Source: Botryllus schlosseri (lineage: Eukaryota). From it: 62,000 nt of DNA. A model generated the notes under the pieces. The model had not been told where the DNA came from. It saw nothing but the letters and a program-made list of their open reading frames with translations, and made no database searches. Of this stretch, positions 1 to 12,900 are shown one piece after another (the stretch's first letter is position 1; each line of letters starts with the position of its first letter). The stretch is taken from positions 1,426,001 through 1,488,000 of the forward strand of contig CM119378.1 in the NCBI GenBank assembly GCA_051294905.1, given 5' to 3'. The position numbers were made by a program, and so were the translations under genes.

Positions 1-816
1 GACTTGCTATGGATTTATCACGATTTCACAGATATCTCATTTCCACTAGCGCGAGTAGCTTTGGACTACATGTTATGTATGCTACATTAAGACCAATCGA
101 GGTTTCAAGGCGAAACTATAATTCCAGTTGATAAAATAAATATCAATTCATTGGAACCAACAAGCTACACTGCAGAATGGCGCAAAATATTCAGCATTCA
201 GAACTCCTCAAAATAAGAATTCAATGGAATCAGCAAAAGCTACTCTGTAGAATACTATGAATATTCAGGTTCATCACTGCCCAGCTACATCTCTATAGGT
301 TACGAAATTTAAATGCCTTCATTGTGACGAGTAAATAGCCTGGGGCTCCGTCACACATGACTCGTTAACCGTGAATGTTTACAAGCTATTTTTAAACATA
401 GCAGACATTTCATGGGCTACTAGTTACAATATAAAAGGGTACTAGAGATGGTTGTAATGTTGAAGATTGATGACAAAGTATCAAATTGGAAATACAAGTT
501 AAAAAATGAATGGAAAAAGTGAATATTCTTCAATATCATAGGCAGTGTCGTAATTTCTAAGATAGGACCTTATATATAAGAGTGCTATGTCTCATAAAAC
601 TATTGCCCTATTTCTAAGATTTTAGAGATTCATAAGACATTCTTTATTTTAGGCACTGTGGTCGTAGTTATGACTGAACCAATTTGATGTTTACAAATTC
701 TGCGTTCAAACAACTTTGGTTGATGAAAACAACAAAAAAGCAAACAAATAGTAGCCAAACGATAGCTAGAGTCAAACTCTATTTATAAACACACAAAATA
801 AAAAGAATTTAGTTAC

Positions 817-933
817 TTTTCTTCCATCTCATGTTCGCCAAAGTCAAAGCTTTCCACTTCAGCGACAATAGAAATCGGCCGTTGTACGTTTTCAATGGCC
901 CATTCTGTCAATTTCGTCGATAATTCTGAAAAT
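817..933 (-). CDS. SYNE1: nesprin-1-like exon
   Basis: AG/GT, phase 2-2, FSELSTKLTEWAIENVQRP. Confidence 0.8.
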
Positions 934-3900
934 CTAATAAAAAACACATTTTTAGAAAAACGCAAATTCGGAAAACGAGCTAGTAAATTTCGACGTACTC
1001 TGGTAATATCTTTTCTATTGAGCGAAATCTTGTAATTTCCGCATCAACCTTTGACCTCAGCGCAATGAGTTTCTCAGTAGTACCGTTCAGCTCTGTTTTA
1101 AGTTGGTCGCATGCCACAATGCCGAAAATGCTCTCACATTCATCGACTGACTTTTGAAGTTCTGTGAAACAACAAGATTTGCACAAATTGACAATAATAA
1201 TTGATATAATCAGCCAAGATTAAAAGACATGAAAATTTGCAGTGTTAATTAGGGTTGTTTAAAAATAACTTTATTTTCCAAATTTTACCGGCTACTTGAA
1301 AAACTTGTTGGGTTGGCTAAATAAACGCTGCACACCAAGTTCTGTAATAGGATTATTGAATAAAAGTTATTTTTGAACAGCCCTAATATTTATGCCACAG
1401 AACGATTCCCTGCTTCATTCTTACCATTATCTGCGTCTTCCATTCTCTCTTGAATGTCAACCATTTTCGAAATATCATCGCGCAAGTTGTGAATGTTTTC
1501 CTCGTCCGCTTCACCGCTCTCAAATTCCATCTCAAATTGTGAAATTTGACGATTCAAGGTGACAAGTTTATCGTCGACAGCATTCCATATCTTGCATAAT
1601 AAAAAATTTTCAATTTATAAATCTGTTGGGAGACTCTCGAGGTGGAGTACTTCAATATACAATTTAATATTATATTCATACAGAAATAAACCAGAATTCA
1701 AAAGAACATTGCATCCCAATAATAATCGCATCACCAAATATAACATCACAGGCAATTGAATAAATCAATTTTTGATGGAATATGTGTGTTTCCCAAAAAT
1801 CAATGTTTCCTAGTAGACATTTTAAAAAAGTACTTTGTATATCAACACCCTGAGCCATCTGTTTTCCTTGATTGTTCATATTCTTTCGTATGCCTGTAAC
1901 GTCATATTTGGCGATACGATTGTTGATATACAATGCTCTTTCCTAGTGTTCTCTACTAGTTTCTGACGATTACCCCTGACGAGCGTCAGCCGAAAATATT
2001 CGGGTTTATTTCAATATGAATATATTAGTCAATTGTATACATAAATCTGTTACTAAACTACAAATTTTACCTCCGCGGTTGCTAGGAGTTGCTGCTGTTT
2101 ATCGGCTGCTCTGTTCTCCAAAGTCGAGTGCTTTGCCTTCATTTCAGTGAAGGATAATTCATGACGTTTGTAAACCGGTTGGGGAAGTTGTGCGGACATA
2201 TCGAGGCAGTAAGATCGATGATTTGAAAGGTGGATGAAGAATTCCTGATGTAAACGAAGTCAATTTACACAAACGGTTGATATGATTCCATCAATCGATG
2301 AAATACCAACCAGACTTTGAGCACTAGATAATTCCTGTTGGCGAATTATACTAATTAGGGTGAAATGGAAAGTAATCTAATTCTAATATAATTTGTGAAA
2401 TGTTTCTGTTCTCATTTTAATTCTAATCGAATTTCTGATTTTCCGGAATGAGTTCTGAATTGATATGAGCTGAACTTATAATTTTTTTAAATTTCTTTCT
2501 CCACAAGGTTTTAATATAATTTCCTATATTTGAATATTTGTACCTGTATTTCTAATTGTAATAAAATTTTGAAAATCTCCAAATTTTCTGATTGTCCAAC
2601 TCCGACACCAACACTGTCCAGGTAATTTCACAAACATAAACAAAAGCTTACCTTGAATTTTTCAGTGTGAGCCTGTAATTCAAGCAAGTCTCTAACAATA
2701 ATCCTCGGAAGTTTGATTTTCTCCTGGCCGGTATTCAACGCCTCGGAATAATCGTGCAGGAGCTAAAAACCGTCGAAATCAGCAACACATAAATCTCAAG
2801 TTTTTCTGTAATTGACACACCTGCGCAAAAAGCGATTCCTGCGAATTTCTCTCCTCTAAAGTATCGCTTTGGTCATCCAAAGCCGCTTTTGTTTCATCGC
2901 AATCCTTTTTCAATTGTTGCAATTCGGTATCGCATACGCTCCATGCGGGAAACACAATCTGTAACATTCACGGAAAAGGTCACAACACATTCAACATCAT
3001 TAGTATTCGCGTTAAATCAGTTACATTGAGACAATATTGACTAGAGCGCGTCTGATTATTATCAGTTCGCTGATAATATCGAGTCAATATCACACTTTGT
3101 AAAGCATATCGTTGGCAATTGGAGGTGAAAATATCAGTAATTTTCGTGACGTCACAACATGGTAGCAGGAAGTCGTAGAACTATTCTGTGACTGCTAGAC
3201 TGGAAATATTGATCTTTTTCTTATAGCTTGCATGTGTCCAGATGAAGCCTTTCTAGTTTATTTCATGTCCAAGAATCACAATGCCTGTAACGCTATTAAG
3301 GTAAAAGTTTTGAAGTTTTGGTTATGTGCCTTATCTTTTGAAGACAAGTCAAATATATCTGGATTATCTATGAAGTTGCTGGTTATTGGTTTACTCAGTG
3401 CCAGGATAAAATTCCTGATATGATTATTAATAATCTCTAATATTGACACAATGATATTATTACTTGTTCCGCTTTCTCTTCGAGTTGCTTTATCCTGTCT
3501 TCATTTTTATTCACGAACTCTCGAAATTCTTTGAGTGTTTCGGATACATCGGCGTCAACTCGCAAGTCGCAAATGTCATCGTAGAGATCGCCAACTTCAG
3601 TCGACAGGAAAGCCAGATCAGACTGCGAAAGATGTTGGGCATCAAAAATGACTCTCAAGAACTGCAGAAATCAGCACGTCGACAGACAGATTTTATTTCC
3701 AAAATAAAAGGGTTTCAATCAGCGAAATGGTTGCCAACGATAAGATCATTAGGTCATCCAGTCAACTGGTCACCTTATACGGTCATATATAGGCCTATAT
3801 GCAGGGGTACAACTATTACTACTATGAATGAATATTTGCAATACTTGAAATTCCGTTCTTTCCATGTCTTTTTCTGCGACTTCCAACTCTCTGCGACTTG

Positions 3901-6900
3901 CTTCCTCTTCCAACACTCCTAATCGATGACTCAGAGATTGCAGAGCAGACTTGATCGACTCGGCAAATTCAGAGTCCATATCCGACGTGGAGATCTGTCA
4001 CGAAACGGATCAAAAGTAAGAATGTCTGATGAGATTCTTGGGGTTGCAAAACTTAAATGTACAATTGAATAATAAATTCATATGGAAATAAATCTATTGA
4101 TCTGTCAGAATGGACAACGACCATGAATTTGGCTGCTGAAAACATTTACTGGATAATTCCACCCAAAAATAGTACATTAGGCTTAAAGTATCTGTTCGCA
4201 CGTATTATTCAAATTTTCGTACACACTGTTTTTTCCAATTCTCTACTATTTGCTGAAGATCACCCCTGACGAGTGTCAGCCGAATATATTCAGGTATATT
4301 TCAATATGAATCAAAAATGACAATCAAACTTTCCAAAGTAAACTCACGTTGTCCTTGACGTTACGTAATTGCCCCAGTTGACCATGGACACTTTCCAGTT
4401 GCGAGTGCAACGCTTCCTGGAGCTCAAGCTCATCTTTGAAACTGGCTTGTCGAGACAGACGGGACTCAGTTTCATCCATCCACGAGGAAACCGCCTGCAA
4501 TTATACAGAAAGGGAGATTTTTTTACAAAACTGACATTAGGTGGTATTCACAGGGAGACGCGGTATGAGTGAAGTCTTCTGGCGAACGTAATAATAATCA
4601 ATTTATTCCTGCAGCTAAGCAAGAAAAATATTATGTAAATATAAGAGAGCAACATTAAAATGAAGGAAAACTGCTTCCGCTGTTGAGAGTGTGAGCGTAC
4701 AGCAGACAATAACAATTAGATCAAAGTAAAGAGTGGTAATCTTGCTGCAACATAAAACAAAAACAGCAACTGCATTTACTTATAAAACATTACTACGATA
4801 ATACAATATATTCTTCGCACGTGGACGAGATTAAGGTAACTTGTTGCCAACCTGTAGCGCAAGTTTGCTTTTCTTTCCGAGTTTTTGTAAAGCTTCTTGA
4901 CTTTCCAGCGACTCGGATTTGAGTTCTTTCCAGCAATCTTGCAAATCCTGAAGACATTCCTGAAACATTGTTTTTTTTTTCATGTGAGAAGGGATTATAA
5001 GTAGGGCTAGACCAGCGGTTCTCATCTGCGGGTAAATCTTTACCTTGATATGATCAACCGCAGGCTGTCCACCGACAGGAATACTTCCAAACGAGAGGAC
5101 CGTACTAGCTTGAGATGAGCGCCGCCTCTTCACGGAATTCCTCGTAGATGCTGTTTTAGAGTCGAGGTATTTCAGCAGATCATCCCAGTTTTTCTTCATG
5201 TCTTCAGGAGTCAACTCTGAATACATGGAACACTAGTTGAGCATTCAATTCAAGCAGTCGACAGAATGAATGTGATAGATTCAATTTTCGAGATATCACA
5301 TTGCAAACTGTGGTGTCGCTAAGAGACCAGTGCTTCTTGATGGAGTTGTATAATGGTAGAATGTCTGGCTTCTTGATTAGTAGGTCGTGGGTTCGAATCC
5401 CGCCTGGGTCAGACCAGAGCTTGTAAAACTAGACTTATACAAGCTACCATACCAATCTAGTTAATTAACGGTCAACTAACTACTGGCTTTTTGAGTATGT
5501 TAGTTCTAGTTCTAGTTGCGGATTTTGAAAATCCAGTGATTTGTGAAGGTCTGCTGCTTGGGTCAGACCAAAGCTTGTAAAACAGGTATAAATGACTAAG
5601 TCCTCATTAGGATTGAATGGAGAAGAAAAATATTGGTGCTGACTTGATCTTGTATCTCTATAGGCAAACACACACTCATTTTCGATGTAATGTTACATTT
5701 GTCGACAACTACCTGTCACGTACAACAGGAATACATACCGGCTTGTTCCGATTTTGCCAATATGCCGCCAAGATTCGCGACCTTGTCAAGAAGATCCTGG
5801 TAGACTTGCAATTCGTTTTTCAGTTTAATCAAGTCTTCTTCTGATGCAGTCTCTGTGTCCAGTACCTGAAAAGCAAATCAAAGATCGTCATCATCAACCG
5901 CATGGGACGCAACGTAAACATACTAAATGGCTGTCGGTCGCACATAAATGAAGATACTCTTAGAGATACAGATCTAGAAATACAATTGAATAGTATATTC
6001 CCATTGAAAAAACCCCGAATATTTTCGAGTAACACTCCTCAGATAGATCTAGTAGAGAATTGAAAAGAACATTGTATATCAGGGGTAGCTAACCTTTTCG
6101 GCCAAAGGGCCACATGAGAGTTACAAACCATTGCGAGGGCCACTTGAATGTTGATGACCTTTTTTTAGTCTTCCGATAGGAAAGCCGGATTAGGAAACCG
6201 TCAAAACAATACTTATAATAATAAACATCAAAATCAATAACAATTATGACATGAAGACTGGGAGTGTAAGCAAAATTTGTCAAAGATAATGACTGAATTC
6301 GTCAATAATAATGTTACTTCCATATATTGCGGGTCGCCTCTGCATGCCGCTGAGCTCATTTGGCAGGGACAGGATTATTCGTCGCTTGTACTTATAAATT
6401 TCGAAGATTTTGGCTACTAGGCGAAATATTGTACTTTATGGTCATGTACGACGATCTACGAAATATGTGGCTGGCTCGTGGCTACGCCAATACGTCAGAA
6501 CTGATATTTTAGTCATCAAAATCCCAAATTTCCCGGACAGGCTAATCAAATGCTGGTTATTTGAAACTAATTTCGAGAATTACCCCGTAGGCCACGGGTT
6601 GGCCGCCCCTGTTGTATATCAACAATCATATAACATACATACAATGTCCTTTTCAATTTTTCACTAGTTGCTACCAATTACCACAGAATAATGTCAGTTG
6701 AAAATATTAACGTAAATTAAATAAGGATATATTACTCAATTGCATAAATGAGTCTACACAGACAAGAATTTCTATCGATATTCACCTCGGATTCACCCAA
6801 CCAATCTTGCATTCTTTTCACTTGCTCTTCATAACTTTGTATCGTTTCATCTTGTTTCGCCGTCAAAGTAGCCTGAAAATACGTCAGATCTGTTTCAAAT

Positions 6901-9900
6901 GTATGAGATGGAAAGAATTCGAACGCCAGCATCGTCAAAGACAGCTATTAGAAATAACTAGAAAAGCACTATTTTCATCACCTGATATTTTTTACCGTTT
7001 TCTTGAATATCCTCCTGCAGGGAATGCAGTTGATCTTTGACAATGTCAATTTGTTCGATCAACTCTACGTTCTCTCGATCGCCACGAGACAGTGACAGAG
7101 TTTTGTCTATTAAAATTCATATAATTAGGGTTTTAAAAAAATTCCTCTTTCTTTCTTTAGGACACACAACGGGTCTACTAGGTAATTTCTCCTGAAAAAT
7201 TCCACAATATTTCAGCTACACACTCCGAAAAAACACCAACACAACATGAATGTTAGTATAAGCCTAAATTTGTTAATTTCACACCACAATTTCCTATACC
7301 GGTGCTGGCTGAAAGTGGTGGTGAATTTTGATTCATGGCACAGTTGGAAGATCTCTGAGACCTGGCTGAGAGTTGAGCCACTGGGCGAATGGCTTTGGGG
7401 TCCGAGGTACCTTCACCTGGTTCAAATGGAAGCTTCACATCAAAAGTTGAAGAGACAGAATTTGAATTCGACAGAGAAGCAGTATCATAGTTACTGGAAA
7501 ATTGGAGATTTCAGAAACACGGCAAGTCGTAGGGCAAAATATCGAGTACATGAGTGACACAAGAGATGAGATCACGGTGCAAAATTAAAATGATATTTTC
7601 ACACATTCAACGTTCAAATGATATCGTAATTGATGAATTGCAAGTGCTCAGTAAAAGTGTATGATAACAGAACACAGTGTGTTTTGGTGATGGTGAGCTA
7701 TACCTTTCGGACTTCTTGACTTCAATTCGCCTACACAAAAACGAGTTGTAGTAAATCATATTCATTCCAAGAGATTCTTCGGTATACAGAAGTTCCACAT
7801 ACAATTGTATAGTATATTCACATCGAACTGATTATTCGAGTTTATTTCAAAATGAATTTACATTGGAATCACATATTCATTCCTTCAATCAAAAATTAAA
7901 TCACAACACGAGATAGCAGAGTAAAAAATTGCCACAATGGTGAAATGAGTAAATGCTCAAAGCGTACCGCAAAGCTCGGATATTAGTCGCAGTTTACGTT
8001 CCACCTCGGCGGCTGTTTTTTCGCAGTCTTTGATGTGTTTTTGCAGGAACGCCAGGTCTGCGCCAAGGGACCCGGCCGGTTCAGCGTCTGTGGCTGAGAC
8101 GAAAATTCATTGATGAACACGTTGTGGCAAATTGTCGGTGAAAAATTCTACAATCGCAGCCAACTCTTTACAGAGTTGCTACATTTATACGAGGTCCACA
8201 ATTGAACGGAGGCAGTAAATAATACTTAAACACGAACCAGACGCCATTTTTTCCTGCAATGTTTTGGCTTCTTCCATCCAATCCGTGACTTGCTTCAATT
8301 CTTCCTTGTAAACAGCCACCATTCTGCAGTACTGTTCATCTTCTAGCATCTTAATCTGAGACGTCAAGTTTAAGCAGCATTTTAATGATTCGAAACAAAA
8401 AGTGAGGGATGATTTTTTTTGATATTCATATTATACACTAATAGTTAATTTATCAAAGATACTATTATCCACTGTGGAACACTGTAAAGCTCCATTTGTC
8501 ATCTCGCAACATCGAAAATGGTAGTTTAAAATTTCGTCCGTCAGCGGAAATGACATATCTGTGAAGTCGTGGTCGACCCACAGCATTGTTACAAAGTGCA
8601 GTCAAATCGGTATGGCCGAATAAATAAGACCTAATTTTCAAAATGTGATGTTCATTGTAGTCGCATTAAAGGTACATATTTACACTTTTCGCATCATTCA
8701 TACTGATGTGAGGTCATAATGAGTGATGCTCAAATACTAGACTCAAAGCCTGATACTCAATTCATAATCAAATCACTGATGTACTGGATATTGCGCATGC
8801 TTAAGCCAGCAATTATTATACAAACCTCAATAACGCTTTGTTTTGAGTGTGCCTGCATTCTCATCGTGTCCCAACGGTCGCACAAGACCTTGACGGTAGT
8901 GTTTAAAGCACCCTTCCCGGCGTATTCGTGCGACAGAGAACTAGTCCAGCGTTCTACAGATTCCAACTTGCATTGCAGACGATTCAGGTCGTCAATCAGG
9001 CTCTAAACCAGGAGCGGGCAATTATCTTTCGCAAAGGAACTCATTATCACCATCAGTTTAACAATAATTTGATCAATTCAAAACACCACAAGATAGATAG
9101 GAAGGTGTCGAAACGACTTGGAGTAGTCTTTGAAATCAGACACTCACCTGAACCTAGGCATTGTAAATAAGAGGCATGCGCACGAGATGGAAATAAGGGA
9201 TAACATAAAACGAATAGTGACGAAAATGACTGACGCATGTGTCAATAAGCGAGGTTGATATTTCAGATCGAGGTCCGGTAATCTTGAGGGCTGACTAGGG
9301 CTACAAGTGAAGCAGAAGATATCTTGGCATTGAAACTATATACTGCTGCTCTAAATTGAAAGCAGTCAATGATATGCTTACACCAGCTGCTTAGTAGATG
9401 TGTTACCTAATGATAAAGTCATGTTTTATTTCCAAAAAAGAAAATAATTATTCAGTGTCATTATTTGAAACAATGGTTAACAGGGAACATTTTAGCTCTT
9501 CTGTAATCACATTAATCCCACGGACACTTTTTTTCTACAACCAAAATGTAATTGTTTGTCAGTACATCATGATTGCCAAAGTGATGCAGTTTATGTAGAC
9601 CAAATGAATTTCTCTATATCACATGTAAATCTCACTTTAATTTTGTATTATTTCATGTATGCATGTGTCACATTCAATACCAATGACTCATGACCTAACC
9701 TGATTATCTTCGAATTGTCCTTCGAGACTCCTAGTCGTGAGGACTTGATCCAGACGGCCCTGACAGGCGTCCAGCCTGCCGGTGATTTCTTGAATAAGAG
9801 ACTGTGCGTTGTCTCTTGGAGCCGACGACAGCAGAAGCTCCCGAACTCTCTGGCTCAGCTAGAGAAAGAATGAGCAAATAATGACAGGTTTCAAAGACAG

Positions 9901-12900
9901 AGAATTGCTCGAATAGTCTCTTGAACTTCAATATACAAATAAATAATATATTGATATTGAGATAAACCCAAATATTTTCATCTGACACTCGTCAGGGTTA
10001 ATCGTCAACAACTAGTAGACATTTCATAAGAACATTGTATATCAACATTCAACAATCATATAACCAAGTAAAAATGATACCATGAATTTCTGTATATATT
10101 TCGAATTTTGATTATAAGCTCCAGTAGTGATTTCTGAGATTCCCAAAAACGATTTCCACTGGCAGTAAAAAGCGAGAGGTATCAATAGTACTGAATTTAG
10201 TGATTTCAAAAAGTAGATTTGGTCGCACCATTTAATAGTTAGAGTAGTCGCTCGGTTGCGACTACTTTTGAAATTGAAGGATGCTCAAAAGCGGCCAACA
10301 TAAAATGACTATTGACAAAGTCAATGTGTAGACTTTTTGAAAAGTAAGTATTGTGATACGATTGTTGATATACAATATTCTTTTCAATTCTCTACTGGTT
10401 ACTGACGATTACCTCTGACGAGATATCGAGGTTTCTTTCAATATGAATATGGAATTGCTTGAGAAATTACGAAATGTTGAATGAACTTACAGGATCTTCT
10501 TCATCAGAACTTTTGTCCTCCTGCAAATATCCTTGTGCATACGGACTGCTTGCATCGATTGGCAGTAGCAGACGCGGAATTTCTAAGACAAAATGACTTG
10601 TTATCGAGATTTTGTTCCTTTCAAATTGTCTGCCGAAGTATGGTGTGGGAACGATACGTGGGAATTTTCAAATTGGGTTATTACAGTTGGCGCTACAGTT
10701 TTCTCCAAATTGTGATTGAATTAGAATGAATAAATTGGCTAATCAGAAAGAGACAACAACAAAAATCATGCTCCCTTGATATCGAAACAGTATTCATTCA
10801 CACAAGCACGAGAATGACATATGTACGTACAATAGGGCTCTTCAAAAATGACTTTTTTTTTCAAATCGTACTGGCTACTTGATAAAATTGTTAGGTTACC
10901 TAATTTAAGCCTACACACAAAATTTGGTTCAATTCCAACCAGTGGAAGCGGAGTTATTGCCGTCGAAAAATTTGGATTAAGAATAAAATAGTATTTACGG
11001 TGACCAATTCTTTAATTATTTATTATAGTGGTGCTCACCGTAAATACTATTTTATTCAAATCCAAATTTTTCGACGGCAATAACTCCGCTTCTACCGGTT
11101 GGAATTGAACCAAATTTGGTGAACATGGTTTCTATAGACAACCTAACACTCTCATAGGGTGAACAGAAAATTTTCAAATTTTTTAATATAAATTTTTATA
11201 TAATAAATAGAAACTTTCTTCTCCTGTAGCAAAGCGGTTACTGGCTGGAATTGAACCAAATTTTGTGTGTAGGCTTAAATTAGGTAACCTAACAATTTGA
11301 TCAAGTAGCCAGTGCGATTTGAGAAAAAAAGTCATTTTTGAAGAGCACTAATGTACAATTGTACAGCAAGGTTGGCTCCTTTCACACCAAACAGTTCTTC
11401 TATAGCATTTTCAAGTAAATCAGAAATTAGATCGGATTAAAATGAGAGAACAGAAACATTTCAAAAACTATACTAGAATTAGTTTATTGGCGTTTTTCTC
11501 TAATTGGATTAGACAACTACAGTTATCTAGTTGCACAGGTTTGTTGATCACTTCAAACCAGCTCGTTGTGAATGTTATGTTACCTGAAAACATCTTCGAA
11601 CATGACAACAAACCTTCTTCAAACGCCGGTCTTTTGGAGCTTGATACTGGCGAGATAACGTCAGCGTCCAGCAATGAAGAGCTTTCTGATGATTCTAAAT
11701 AGCAAGAGTCTTGTTTCACACATGAAAAGGAGAAAGTAAAGTAATAAATTACCAGAGTCTGTTCTTGCAGAGTCGATACCCTTAGAAAGGAATCTAGAGA
11801 GATGCGTTAAGCTTTCCGGGCTTTTCTTTGGAGATTTGGAAGAATCGTGCGCTGTGTGCATTGGTGATTCTTCTTCATGCTTTATGACCCGGACAGCTTC
11901 TATCGATTCAAATACGGGAAGCCGGCCCGAAGCTTTTTCATTGCCATCCACACGAGAAGATGCAGGAGCAGCTAAAATATACAGAATATATATACAGGAT
12001 ATTCGTCGTTGTAGAATCGAAGTAGTTTCCATTTTACAAATTTTGAGAAAATTAGCTTTATGCGAAGTTTTCACTTTCTTTCGGCAATACCTTGGCCAAG
12101 GTTACCTATGAAACAATGTGACAAGCATAAACACGATCAAGATGTGTCTGTAAACATATGAAAATTTCACAAAAACTTGATTTTCCATCAAATTTGAAAA
12201 ATGAGTGTCAAAATTTGAAAAATGGACATAAGGTACTTTGATTCATAAGCGATGTATTATGTTTTGTTATGATTTTGACGGCATCCGCTTCTACTGAACA
12301 GTTTTCAGTTTTAGGCCAAACTATGCATAGAATATTTACTTTTTTAGTCACTTGGTAATCACTTGAAGAGTTTTCAGTTTTTACGGCAAAACTAGGCAAA
12401 CAACCCTTAATTCTACTTAAGGAACCAATGACGACAACTTTGACTACCACCGCGAGCTCGTTACCTGTTTCCAGCGAATTTATCTTGTCTTTTAACTTCT
12501 TCAATTCTCTCTCATATCCGTCGATCTCTCTCAAGAGTTTCTTGCGCTCTTCGAGATCTTGGTAATAGAAAATAAAAAATCAATTAAAAATAAAATTAAA
12601 AAACACTAATGTCGCAACGCAAAACATACAAATCGCCTCAGGGGGTTGGCAATGAATTACTTCTACTTTATAGAGATACTGATGGCCTACTTGTGCTACG
12701 CTAGTGTTTATGATTTAAGATTATTTCAACTTGAACATATATTAGGCTTTACAGACTTTTAGCGCAATCGATTTTGAAAAAGCAGAATGTAGTTTAGTGA
12801 TTATAAAATTGTCATAAGATCCGCGTGAAATAGCCCCGGCATAAGAATAACTGAGTAAATTCAATTTATTTGTAGTGATATTCGTCATTTTGCCATAATC

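Noticed and set aside
3464..3922. Plus-strand ORFs such as 3464-3922, 13003-13431 and 17592-17960
   Set aside because: They are antisense shadows of nesprin exons or repeat-derived, with no protein-like features or splice chain.
5342..5410. tRNA gene
   Set aside because: It has A/B boxes but no acceptor-stem pairing, and it continues into SINE body sequence shared with 50865 and 61099.
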